A stretch of DNA of 64,000 nucleotides from positions 1 to 64,000 of the forward strand of contig JAUCBJ010006873.1 in the NCBI GenBank assembly GCA_032718475.1, written 5' to 3'. Positions within the stretch are counted from its first letter, which is position 1. Every line of letters starts with the position of its first letter. Shown here piece after piece: positions 11,059 to 22,863 of the stretch. The position numbers and the translations under genes were made by a program. The stretch is from Nemertoderma westbladi (lineage: Eukaryota; Animalia; Xenacoelomorpha). The notes beneath the pieces were generated by a model. That model was given only the letters and a program-made list of their open reading frames with translations, was not told the origin of the DNA and searched no databases.

Positions 11059-14000
11059 ACCTGTTTTCAGGTCAGGTCAGGTATTCTAGGTCATTGATCA
11101 AGAAAACTTGCCACCTCCCCTCCATGCAGCATAAAGGAGGTGCCACCTGTAGCTGCATAGACCATCTTACTAGGGTAAATCTGGTCCTGTAACTAGGTCT
11201 TGGTCCTGGATTAAGGACCCATATACTTGGCTGCAGGGATATATGGCATGGCCAGGCAGATGGTGATCTACCAATGGCTGGTCAGGAGTAGAGTGTTCTC
11301 GTGTCTACTCTGAGTGCACTTCACTGCGACCTGCACCTGGCAGCAGGGGTGCAGGTCATGACCCAGCAGATGAGCTGCACAGCCAATGGTGGGTCATGTG
11401 CGGCGCCAGAGTAGATATGGGTGATGGGCTTCATATCTGACTCCACTGCGACACCCACCCTGTGGAATGTCAAACCAGGTTGTGGTATTTGCCCCGAGAG
11501 CTGACTCGGCAAAAAAAAGACCCCCCAACCCCCACTATGGATTACATTAGTAATGCGGAGGTCCGGCCACTTTTCGGCCAGTGGAATTACTGGACACAAT
11601 CGGCCTCACAGGCGTCAGTTATCTCCTGACCGGCTGCCTGTCTCATCCCCTACTGGAGAGAGAGCAGCCAACAAAAGTCCCTTTCCTGATGACCTTTCTG
11701 GCCCAAACCCTGGGTCACCAGGGAGGCCACATTGTGAGGGGGAGATGGATTCTGGAGTTGGAGGCTACTCTCATGTTCCACCCCGAACAAAGCCATTGGT
11801 GAATCTGAGGCAAGTCACTAGACTAGCCTCAGTAAACACCCTAACACTCGGGACCCCAATACGACAAGGTGAGCTGACTGCTTTGGCAGATAAGCTTTCT
11901 CTTAGCGCAGTGGGTGTTCAAGAGCACTGAATGCAGACTGGACAGACTGATGAGGTTCTGATTAAGGACATGGGGGCAGTTGGCGACTCGCCCTCGCATC
12001 AGCAGATGATAGTGGCAATGTTGGAATTGGTCTATTGATGAATCCAACTGCACATGCAGCATTGGACAAAATAGACCCAAATCTCTAACCGCATCATCTG
12101 TTGCCACTTCTAATGTTCTGGAAGACTGGCTAAGAAGTTTCTTCAGGTGGTTCTGATCGTGTGCTACTCTCCAACTAGTGTTGCCCCTGTAGAGGAGATG
12201 GAACATTTCTACCACAATCTATAAGCAGCTACTGATGGAGTGGATCGGCATGCATTCTTAACATTCCTGGGAGACTTTAATGCAAGTCTGCATCAATCAC
12301 CTACATCGCCCTGGGTTTATAGTGTTAACCTAAATTCCGTCCATCTTCAGGATTTTATCTCTGGAAATGGATCGTTTTCGGCTGATACCCAGTTCAAGAA
12401 GCGAACTGGAAAGCTATGGAAGCATAGTGGACCCAGTGGTCACAAGTCCCAGATAGACCATATTCTGTTTCGTAGGAAATATAGGAGCTCTATATAAGAC
12501 TGTAATGCATTTACACGTCGACCCTTCTCCAGTGATCACCACCTTATTGTAGCCAAGGTATGACTTAGTCTGCGTGCTAGCAGAACAACGAAATCTGCCT
12601 TGCCGCGGCATGACTGGTCCTCTCTGTTGCAACAGCCAAGTGTGAGATCCAGCTTCACACTACAGCTGAGCAACAGGCATGAGGTTTTTGCCTTTGAGGC
12701 GGCAGATCACTGTGAGGGCTGTACTGCCTTCACAGAAGCAGTTAAGTTAGCAGCTCCAGAAACAGTTCATGTATACCCTCGAAACAGGAAAAGGACCCCC
12801 TGGACTGACAGCAAAATTCAGTTATGCCGAAATGACCTCTATAAGGCGCACAAAGAGTCCCATCTCAAATAGACTACAGCGGCAAGAATGCAGTTAAATC
12901 TGCATCTAGGTCCTGAACAGGCAGTAGTCTGTTAATCTACAGGAGTTAATAAACAGGAGTTGCTTACTGGGCGGAAAAGCCAACCAACCACCAAGGTTAA
13001 GGCTGAATCACCAGCCGATCGCCTCAATGGTTGGAAGGCCCACTTTGAAAAGCTCCTCAATAATGACCCGTATTGCCTGATAACTTTATAAAAGTAAAAG
13101 TGTCTCAGTCTGTACTCCCAGATATTCCAATTGGCCATATCTCCTTTGCAGAAGTAAAGGCTGCTGCAAAGAGCATTAAGACCAATAGTGCCAGTGGAGT
13201 AGATGGTGTTCCCCGTGAGGTCTTTAAAATATCTGAGTGTTTAAAGCTCATCTATCCCATCATAGTAGACATGTACCGAACAACAAGAGTCCCACAAGAA
13301 ATGAAAACAAATAAGTTGGTGCCAGTTCCTAAGAAAGGCAACCTAACACTCTATGCTTCTTTTCGGGGAATCTCCTTGATCTCGATTGCTGCAAAGCTAT
13401 ACAATAGATCTATGATTCAATTAAATCGCATCAGGGATCCCATTAAGAGACTGCTCCATGGAAATCAGAATGGGTTCTGTAAAGGTCGTGGGACCATGGA
13501 GCCAATTTTGGCACTTAGAAGGATAATTGAAGAGTTATCAAACAAGAAAGACAGGCATCTGGCTGTTATCTTTGTTGACTTCTTCAACGCCATTGATTCA
13601 GTCTCTCGCTCACGTATGTTCAGCATACTTTCATTATATGGGATTCCTGATGAAATTTTTGCAGCAATAAGATCAGTATACGATGGTTCGACAACATTTG
13701 CGTCTACTGTTGACGGTGACACAGAAGCAATTGTAGTGTTATGGGGCGTCCTCCAGGGAGACACACTTGCACCATTCTTGTTCATAATTGTGGTTGACTA
13801 TGTTCTATGCATGTCCTTAGATCATCATAATGATGGTGGGGTGATGATAACTCCACCTACTGGCTCCAGAAGTCGAGGAAAGCCTGCCAAGTACCTAGCT
13901 GATCTAGACTTCTAGGCTGATGAGTTAGGAGTACTCTCAGAATCACTAGAGAGAGCCCAACGGCTCCTCAGCTCATTAGAACATGCTGTTTCTAGTGTTG

Positions 14001-14734
14001 GTCTTTCTATTAACTCCAGAAAGACCAAAATTTGGACAGTTAGCTTTGAAAGTCCTCAGCAAGTCTCTGATCGGATGAGCATAAGCTCAAAGGATGGTAT
14101 GCTTGAGCATGTGGACGACTTCTGTTACCTAGGATCATGGATCCAGAAGTCAGTTTTTTCCGTTTCTTCGAATACGTGAGGGAGAGGAATGGGCAGCCAT
14201 GAATAGGCTTTCCAGGATTTGGAAGTCACCGAGAATTAATCGGAAACTTAAGGTCCGATTATTTAGAGCAGCAGTAGTTCCAGTACTCCTCTATGGGAGT
14301 CCATGTTGGGCTCTAACTGCTGAGGACACCAAATCTCTGGATGGCACATTCACAAGAATGCTATGCCGGGTTCATTGTGTGAAGTACAATGCAAACATCT
14401 CCCACCAGACACTATATAACATTGGAGGTGTCTCATTGGTTCCCCCAAGCTTGACACTAGAACAAAATCGCCTCCGCTTTGCAGGACATTGTTTTTGCCA
14501 TGAGGACCAGCCAGTGCATAATCTTGTACTTTGGCAGCCTCATGGAGTGAATAAGCATGGTGGACAGCCCATGACTTTCTTGAGACGCATCTTAAAGGAT
14601 ACTGGCCTTGAAGATGCGGATGATCTAGCAAATGTCATGGGTGATAGGGAGTTGTGGCGGCGCAATTTTGTCGACAAGCTGGCACAGCATTCTTAAAAAT
14701 GTAGCTGCAATGCAGCATGCCGATCCTAGTAGTA
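11059..14734 (+). mobile_element. Apparently full-length, mutated RTE-clade LINE (APE endonuclease + RT) inserted in the Gypsy pol
   Basis: VGVQEH, LGDFNA, SQIDHIL, SDH (APE); FRGISLIS, QNGF, GVLQGDTLAPFLF, DLDF*ADE (RT); RLRFAGHC; short (TAG)n tail; TSD GACCTGTTTAT at 11048-11058 and 14735-14745. Confidence 0.92.
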
Positions 14735-14745
14735 GACCTGTTTAT

Positions 14746-17230
14746 TCAATTTCGTCAAGTCCACACAGAGTCGAATATCTCCAGTTGGTTTTAGGGCAAC
14801 TACTATCTAGGGATATCACCAACTGGTTCTATAATGTTCCGTTTGATCATTTATTCCAGATTCTTACATTATACAACCTGCGAGGGGATCCCCCCAAACA
14901 CCACATCGATATGGGAAGCAATATTTTTAATGACCCTGGAACTCTAATACTTTTAATAATAATATGTAATGATATAATAACTTATTTATTTTAATTATTT
15001 TAAACTATCTACTTTTTGCGCTACTAATCTTACTTTTTGCGTTACTAATCTTACTTGTGATTCCATTTTAATTATCCGAATGTTTGGATGATAATTAAAT
15101 AATTCATATTCCAGCTTCTCCATTACTTTATTGCGCAAAGCATATGGAACTTGTCGAGCAGTATGTACATCAAAGGGCAGCATCTGGTTTTAAAGTTATT
15201 GAGATTGGGCTTCCTACAATCCCACTGCACATTGGCCGAAGCTCTTCAGAATCATCAAAAACAGGTTGCATATATTGAGTGTAATTTTTGGTCAATTTCA
15301 GTTTTCAATTCAGGATTCAATGAACTACATTCCGGTAATTTCTTTATCCAAATTGATCGATTTGGCCATATTTCACTCTCTGTTATAGGAATATTTCTCA
15401 AAAGGTATGGGCTACATACAGGTTCTGGGGATTCAGACCTTATTGAACAAATTTGCAATGTTCCATTTTCAACAGAATTATAATGTCGTAGTGATGTTTA
15501 TTGTCAAACTCCATTGGTTGTGGAAAAGTACGGCTCACTATTGTCAATTTTTTGCATGTTTCTAATGACAGAAAGTTCGCACAGATACAGTTGTAATGAA
15601 TGTTCCAATTTGTTCTAATAATGTATGTCCCACTGTAAATATAAGGTAATTAAATTTTGGACCAAGGACTAATTGATTTGCTAACCCACTAGTATTAAAT
15701 GTTTCATCACCCATAACAGTTGCGCTTGCACCAGTATTTGCCCAGGCTACAATATCACATTTAAAAGGGGAATCATCAGGAATTAGACTATCGGAAATTA
15801 ATGGTTGTTTAATAGTCATTAATGAACAATTTGAAGTATTTAAAAATAAGTTCTTATTTATCATCATAAGTAGTATCCGTTATACCAACAGGTTTGACTA
15901 CTAAACTCGAATTTTCATTACCAATGTCATCTTTCTCTGCAGACTCATATGGACTAGGAATCGTGTGGGATATAGCAGCTAATTTTCGTGAAGGACAAAC
16001 TGTGGCGAAATGACCAGTGCCATCGCAACAAACGCCAAACACCGGATGTAGTTGCTGGGCATTTATTGAGTTGATGTGTACGTTGACCACAACGTGTACA
16101 TCGCCCAGGTTGTGCTGGATGGATAGATTTTATGTTTGTCGTCAATATTCCTATTTCGTTGGTTTTCCAGGTTGCGTGGTTTCTAATTAGTTGATTTTAA
16201 ACTCAATTTCTTTTTATTGTATTCTGTTCGATTAGCATTGATAAGCTGGTCACTCACTGGATGATGCTTTTGTCTTTCCTAAACTTCTTGAAGCCTGATT
16301 CTAGAGAAACAATAAATTTCCGAGAAGAATTAAAATTCAAAGGTGGATCTTCTGCTATCAACTTTTCTCGATCATCTTCTTCAGTGATAACTAATATTAA
16401 CAATGCTGTATGGAGTCTATCTGCATTAACGACTGAAGTCTTGGCATATTCTCCAAGTTCTAGTATTTCATTACACAGGGAGGTGTAACTTTGAGCGTCT
16501 TTCTTACGTACAGAGAGTAAAGGCACGCCAATCTAAATTTGAATTACGTAGAGATCGAAGATAATCTTGGATAATATCCAATACTTATTCTACATCTATT
16601 GGTGTATCCGCACGAATTGAGAGGGTGTGGTTGATTATTGTCAAAAATCCAGGAGAACAACAGTCCCATAAACAAGCAATGTGTACTGGCTGACTGCGAG
16701 CACCCAGGTCCACTAAGTTATAATAATTGATCCAAAGTCTGCGCCACTCTTTCAATCTTCTGAAATCTGTGTCGGATTCCAGTATTGGAGGCCGACGTGG
16801 TGATATTTTTGGAAGATCCGGCCTATTATTATTCAATCGACCTGTTTCCCCAGTTCTATTTGGAGTTATAACTCCCACACCGGTATTCACTACTGAAACA
16901 GCCACCTCATGGTCATGTTGTGCCTTTGTAAACGCTTCAAACTCAGCTAGCTTTTCCTGAGCCTTGAGGAGTTCTTCCTCGAATTTATCTAAGTCGTTGT
17001 CTCCGTCATTGGCGTCACCCTCGGGATGTGACATAACAGTATTGTCACTTCCTTGAAAACGTTCGTACTTTCTTATCCAATCTGCAATACGGATCTGTAT
17101 TTGCGTTGGAAACAAACGTTCTGTTGGGGCCATATTTTTTTCGTAATTAGCGATAGCGGCTTGACCCGCTCATTTTGTTTTTGTAACTGCAGATTTATAA
17201 CCCCAGCAGGAATTTTTACAGTCTTGTAAA
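14746..17230 (-). mobile_element. Decayed Ty3/Gypsy gag-protease, 5' part of the same element
   Basis: Zinc knuckle CTRCGQRTHQLNKC plus GHFATVC; protease ANTGASATVMG (DTG to NTG); ARQVPYALRNKVMEKL upstream of RT; LTRs not recognised. Confidence 0.75.
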
Positions 17231-17479
17231 CTTGGCTTAATATCCATTTTTACCTATTAAAGTCCTGTATTCACAAGGACTAGTTCAGTAGTCAGGTAGT
17301 TGAAGTCAACGGTTAGCTGATTTAGGTTAAATTTCTCCTGTTCAGGATTAATTTTTTCAAACACACTGCTCCAAATAATAAGCTGATAATTTATCTCAAT
17401 ATAAGCATCAGTTATTTATATAATATATAGTCATTATTTATATGTATAATTTTGATATATAGAATAACAACAGTTCATA

Positions 17480-17660
17480 CCACTCTGTTTCCTAAAGGAA
17501 TGCCTGTTCACCACAATGGGTGATACTGTTTCATAAAGGAATGTCTGTTCACCACCTTGGGTGATCTTCCACAGTAAACCCTTCCACTCTGTTTCTTAAA
17601 GGAATGCCTGTTCACTACAATGGGTGATATTCCACATGAAATCCCTCCACTCTGTTTCCC
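17480..17660. repeat. Short imperfect tandem duplication (3-4 units)
   Basis: CTGTTTCYTAAAGGAATGYCTGTTCACYAC..TGGGTGAT repeated. Confidence 0.75.
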
Positions 17661-18859
17661 ATATTAATTTCATTCCCATTTATCGAACCTGAACCTCCAA
17701 ATTGGAACCCCAGGAATGTCAACAAGCTGCTGCTACCTAGCTGTAGACCAAGCTGCTACTTTTTGTATTACGAAATCAAAAACTATTGCATTTTGTATCA
17801 AATTAACAGAAATAGTAAAAATAAAAACAATGACATTTAGTCAAATTAGTCGATCGAACATACAATGCTTCTATATTGTGTAAAGAGTCTGAGGCCTTTA
17901 ATTATATCTGCAATAAAAATGCGATAAAATTAATATCTTTATTTGATACAATTATTGCCGTCAAAAAGTGTTTAATCTCCTAAAAGCTATTAAACGTAAA
18001 CTAACTCATCAAAGGTTCAATACAATAATTATTGGGAAGTTATTAAACGTCTTAATTGGTTCTAAACCTTGAAAATCTCCTTGCATGTATGGATTTCGAC
18101 CTTGGTGGAATGCAGATGTGTCGAACTTTCTGTTAATGAGCAATTCGTAGTAGCTAGATCGATTTGGGTGTTTGAACATAAATTTTGTTGGTGGATTTTC
18201 GAGTGCTCATCAAACAATCAGTTAATGACCCGGCGTTCACAAATCGATTGAAGTATGAGTGTAGGATACACAGAGAGGTCCCAACCACAAATAAAGTGGT
18301 AGGTTCATAACCTATCTACTACAGTTAACTTAGCCGACAGCAGAAATGTTGACACAACACATTGCAACAGTACTGTATGTGTAGGCTTATGTAATATCGA
18401 GGATGGTAATAAGTTATGCGTGGTGCATTGAAACAGTGTATTGCCCGGTGTTTAATAAAATACGCCAGGCAATATAAATGAAATCCAATAAAATTGTGGT
18501 AATTGGCTATGAATAATAATAGTTTGTTTTCATAAAGTACGTGAGTTAGTTGCTAATGCAACTAGCATAATCATTAACTGTGAGAATAATAATAATTAAG
18601 GGAATAATTCTTTGAATAAGTTTATTAACACGAAATCATATTGTGTTGATAACTTTGAACTGTTTTCTCTCTACCTATGTTTATGAATAATATTTTGATG
18701 ACATATATTAATGGCTGAGTTCCATTTGCTTTTTTTATTTTCGCCATGTTTTTGCTATGCAGATAAATAAATAGTAAAAAAAAGTTAAGCAAAATTTTCT
18801 TCGGCCGTTAGGCCAGCGATACAGCACAAAGTCTGAAGACTTATTTCCAGTTTGGTCCC

Positions 18860-19060
18860 CGGAGAACTATACTCCCCAGAAAGAATTCCAGTACTCATTT
18901 AGCTACTATTTAAAAAACAAGGCACATATCCGCCATGGCTTGTAAGTCCCTTTAAAGCATTAGTGCAGTAACTACAACTTCGCTGGCCACCACCTGGGAT
19001 CGAACCTACGACCTTCGGAGAAAAGGGATTACATACAACGGATACTACGCCAAGCCGAGG
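18860..19060 (-). mobile_element. Degenerate tRNA-derived SINE; related 3' fragment at ~29685-29745
   Basis: Minus-strand B box GGTTCGATCCC and A-box-like TGGCGTAGTAT; AGAACTATACTCCCC...CTCATTTA.CTACTATTTAA shared with 29685-29745. Confidence 0.55.
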
Positions 19061-19671
19061 TAGGACATAGGTATTAATTATATATTACTAAGGTAATATT
19101 ACTTTGTCAATGACAAACTTGGGGATACCTTATGTTAATCCTAACTATATTACTAATTAGAATATGAATTTTAATTATATGAAGAAATATAAGTTTTCAC
19201 TCTAGATAAAACAACGACCTAATTAAAAGCAAACATCGTTCAATGTTAATCAAATCTTATTGTATTTGTATATATTATTTCAGAAATCCTAAACCTCATA
19301 TCGTAAATTGGAAAAAATCGAATTAATATCGAAACTTTCTTCTAACTTCCAAACTTCTAACCTACAATTTTAAATTTTTATGCAGATTGTAAATTTAATT
19401 GTCTTTATTTATGACCTAATTCATTGTGTTCAGTGCGTTAATATTATATTTATATTGCAATGAAATACTTCAGGGGAAAATATAGAAATTATTGAGCACA
19501 AAAAATAAGCAAACATGGATGTTTTATTAAATATAAAACAGACTAATAGCTATAAAAGTAACTGTAACAAGTTAGGAAGACTAAATTGCTAGTTAGGAAC
19601 GACCTTATTTATTTTCCAATTTTCCTTGCGGCCATTGTTTGTTAGGTAAGTATAATTGGGGGGTAATTGTC

Positions 19672-20209
19672 TGTTAGCGAATCAATCCCGCCAATACTCC
19701 ACAAAGTTAAGCCAATAAGCAATATTGGGGGACACGAGATTAGGTCCCAAACCAACTCGTGTCTCCCCAACAGAATGGGAAGGAGAAGCACACAATAAGG
19801 GTCAGGGGTTAGTATCCTGACAAGGGAGAGAATAGCTGGGGTGAACGGGAACACCTCAAAGGGCGCCAACAAGGGTAGCAACCAATCAGAGGGGGGCTGG
19901 CACCGATTGAGTAGCAATAAGGCCACCGTGCGATATAACCAGTAAGCAGTAATCATATTACCTCAGTTATCTCAGTGTTACTGGTGGTACAGTAAGTTAC
20001 AATTAGGGAAGTACCGGGATTTTAGTTACCGTCATCCCGTCAACCTGTGAACGTCAGTGTATAACATCAATCTATATCTATATCTATATCACGTCTCAAG
20101 ATCACAATATAACGAACAACAGTAACCTCAACTTACACTCTTTCACACGGCGGGGACGCGTGAACTAAAACAGGATAAATCGGGTTCATCTCCGGATGAT
20201 CCCGTCACA
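19672..20209 (+). repeat. 5' LTR
   Basis: TGTTAGCGA...CCCGTCACA; TATATAA at ~19933. Confidence 0.95.
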
Positions 20210-20277
20210 GTAACTAAATAACAACTGCTGCCCTAGCCTAATAGACTCAGATACCACCAGCCACCAACAGACAAAAG

Positions 20278-22863
20278 ATGAGCGAGTCGGGTGAAGTGAC
20301 ACCCACGCGGACCCCGGACGACGACGATCTAACGATCCGCGAGGCCGCGACCAGGCGATATACGCCCACGACACCGGAGCCATCCGTACCGGGCGAACCG
20401 GGGATTCGAGTAGAGGGGGACCGCCTGGAACCAGAGATCGAGCCGGAGGATAGAGAGATCGGGCTCGAGGAAGAGAGAGACGAGTCGACACACAGCGGGG
20501 ATGTCGATACCGACGTCGCGGGCCAGCCACAGGCCGAGGGCGACGAACGGCCCACCGAGACGGCGACGGTGGGGCCGACGGTACGACGCCGGACCCGGAG
20601 AGACGACGGGGATGTCGACACCGATGTCGCCGGCCAACCGCAGGCCGAGGGCGACGCACGGCCCACCGGAACGGCGACGGTGGGGCCGCCGGTACGACGT
20701 CGAACCCGGAGAGACGGACGAGGGGTCGGCGACGAGGACGTCGGGGTTTCCGAGCGACTTCGACGGGCCTACAACGCGACCCGGAGACTGATAAAGGAGG
20801 CCAGAGAAGGGAAGAGGATAGACGAGGTAAAACTGAACCTAGGACTAGGTGAGTCGAATAGACATTTATATTATCTAGTGCGCTTCGGGCAGAGAGGATT
20901 GGCCGAGGAGAGAGCGACTTGGGTCGCCGAGGAACTGTATGACTCATGGCGGTATGGGAGTATAGAACCTAGGGTAGTGTACTTAGGGCCATACTTAATC
21001 GATGCCCGGGGTATAAAGACAGTAGGTTGGAACAGACCAGAGGAGGGCGAACCCGAGGTTGACCCCGCGGGTTCGGTCTCGTCGGTCGGAGGGAGTTCCG
21101 GAAAGGGGGGGAGAGCCAGCGGGTCGGGAAGGCGGAGGGAATCCGTCGCAACCGATAAGTCTGTTACATCCTCCGAAAAAGAAAGACGGGTGAGAGAGAT
21201 AGAGGCTAGACACCGTTTCAATGTAGTGGTAGAGGCGAATAGAGAACTAGGTAGACGGCTAGAGGAGGGGAGAGTGATGCTAGAGAGGGAAACGGTGTCG
21301 ATTAAAGAGTTGAGGGAGAGGGGCGAAAGGGCCGCGAGGAACCTTAGGGAGTGTGAGGAGATAGAGTTGAGGGAAGAGAGGGAACGCGAGAGAGAACGCG
21401 AGGCAGAACGCGAGAAACGCGAAGCAGAACGCGAGAAACGCGAGGCGGAACGCGAGAGAGAACGCGAGGAACGCGAGGCGAGAGAGAGAAGGGAACGAAG
21501 GGAACGCGAGGAGAAACGCGAGGCGGAACGCGAGAAACGAGAGGCGAGAGAGGAAAGTGAACGCGAGAAACGTGAGGCGAGAGAGGAAAGTGAACGCAAA
21601 GAGCGTAAGGCGAGAAGAAGAGAGGGGATTAGGAGAGAGCTGGAATTGATCGAGCAGGAAAAACGAGAGTCAAAGGAGAAAGTAACAAGAGTGGAGAGTG
21701 GCCAAATAGAGTTAGAGAAACAGCGAGACAAATTCGTAGAGTATACGGCTGTACACGCGCGCGAGGTGGAACGGGCGCGGGCAGGAGTGTCTGAGAGAGG
21801 GGCAGGCTCGAACATTTCAGAGGAGCCGGGGGCCGTGGATACGTTTATTAATACTCCACTGACAGGGACCACACTACGGACACGAAACTGGTGTGATCGT
21901 ACGAGCGGGGGGGGTAATAACACTAATACAGTAGATAACGCTAATATTAATAATACTGTATTGGACGACTCTAACCAAATTTTTATTGCAGGAAATACGT
22001 TACCTAATAGTAATAATATTATTTTAAATCAGAACGATTCTAATATTGACGTACAGAGTAATTCTAGTGATGTAGTTATACAGAATAGTCCAAATAATTT
22101 AAGTAATAATCCGAATTCGATTTCACAAAATGATCCAAATAATTTAAATAATAACCCGAATTCGATTTTACAAAATAATCCGAATACTGTTATAACGCAA
22201 CATATTGTTTCTAGCTTTGGTGCGCAGGATAATCACAGTGGTATTATTAATGTAGACGTGTCCAACGCACATAGCCCGGCGGGTGAGGGCCTGGTAGGCC
22301 ACGTAGTAAGTAGGCCGGAGACGGCGGGGTTGAGTCAACCCGGGGTGAGCCTGGTAGGCCACGCAGTGGGTAGACCGGAGACGGCGGGGTTGAGCCAACC
22401 CGAGGTGGGCCTGGTAGGCCACGTAGTCAGTAGGGTGGAAGTAGCGGGGTTGGGCCAACCCGAGGTAGGCCTGGTAGGCCTCGTAGTTAGTAGGCCGGAA
22501 TCGGCGGGGTTGAGACAACCCGAAGTAGGCCTGGTAGGCCAGGTAGTAGTGGAGAGAGGGGCGGGGGTAAGCGGACCCAGCCCCAATGTAAATGTTGTGT
22601 CGACGGGAGAAAAGTGTAGAGACGAGGTAGGAAATAGTGAAGTTAGATGTGGCGAGTGGGGGGGGGCTCCGAGCGCCCCACCACGTGAGATTAGCGGCGA
22701 GAAGGGGGGGGCGGAGAGCGCCCCACAAGAAGGGTACAGGAGTGTAGTAAGAGGTACCGAAGTTAGAAGTGGCGGGTGGGGGGGGGCTACGAGCACCCCA
22801 CCGCGAGAAGTTAGTGACGAGAGGGGGGGGGGCGGAGAGTGTCCCACAGGCGTCGGCGGATAA
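20278..22863 (+). CDS. BEL element ORF1: low-complexity/coiled-coil N-terminal Gag extension (861 aa)
   Basis: ER-rich coiled coil, Asn-rich tract, 60-bp repeats (GLVGHVVSRPETAGLSQPEV); joins ORF2 if one G is removed from the poly-G at ~22823-22832. Confidence 0.75.
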   Translation: MSESGEVTPTRTPDDDDLTIREAATRRYTPTTPEPSVPGEPGIRVEGDRLEPEIEPEDREIGLEEERDESTHSGDVDTDVAGQPQAEGDERPTETATVGPTVRRRTRRDDGDVDTDVAGQPQAEGDARPTGTATVGPPVRRRTRRDGRGVGDEDVGVSERLRRAYNATRRLIKEAREGKRIDEVKLNLGLGESNRHLYYLVRFGQRGLAEERATWVAEELYDSWRYGSIEPRVVYLGPYLIDARGIKTVGWNRPEEGEPEVDPAGSVSSVGGSSGKGGRASGSGRRRESVATDKSVTSSEKERRVREIEARHRFNVVVEANRELGRRLEEGRVMLERETVSIKELRERGERAARNLRECEEIELREEREREREREAEREKREAEREKREAEREREREEREARERRERREREEKREAEREKREAREESEREKREAREESERKERKARRREGIRRELELIEQEKRESKEKVTRVESGQIELEKQRDKFVEYTAVHAREVERARAGVSERGAGSNISEEPGAVDTFINTPLTGTTLRTRNWCDRTSGGGNNTNTVDNANINNTVLDDSNQIFIAGNTLPNSNNIILNQNDSNIDVQSNSSDVVIQNSPNNLSNNPNSISQNDPNNLNNNPNSILQNNPNTVITQHIVSSFGAQDNHSGIINVDVSNAHSPAGEGLVGHVVSRPETAGLSQPGVSLVGHAVGRPETAGLSQPEVGLVGHVVSRVEVAGLGQPEVGLVGLVVSRPESAGLRQPEVGLVGQVVVERGAGVSGPSPNVNVVSTGEKCRDEVGNSEVRCGEWGGAPSAPPREISGEKGGAESAPQEGYRSVVRGTEVRSGGWGGATSTPPREVSDERGGGGECPTGVGG

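Noticed and set aside
11059-11200. HDV-like ribozyme at the RTE 5' end
   Set aside because: Known for RTE elements, but I could not build the nested pseudoknot by eye; needs a motif search
18200-18320. LTR/PBS of the Gypsy element
   Set aside because: Only a 12-bp match (ACAGAGAGGTCC) to ~7924; no LTR pair or TSD found
19642-19956. 104-aa ORF duplicated at 27206-27517
   Set aside because: Antisense ORF inside the LTRs; duplication is explained by the LTR pair
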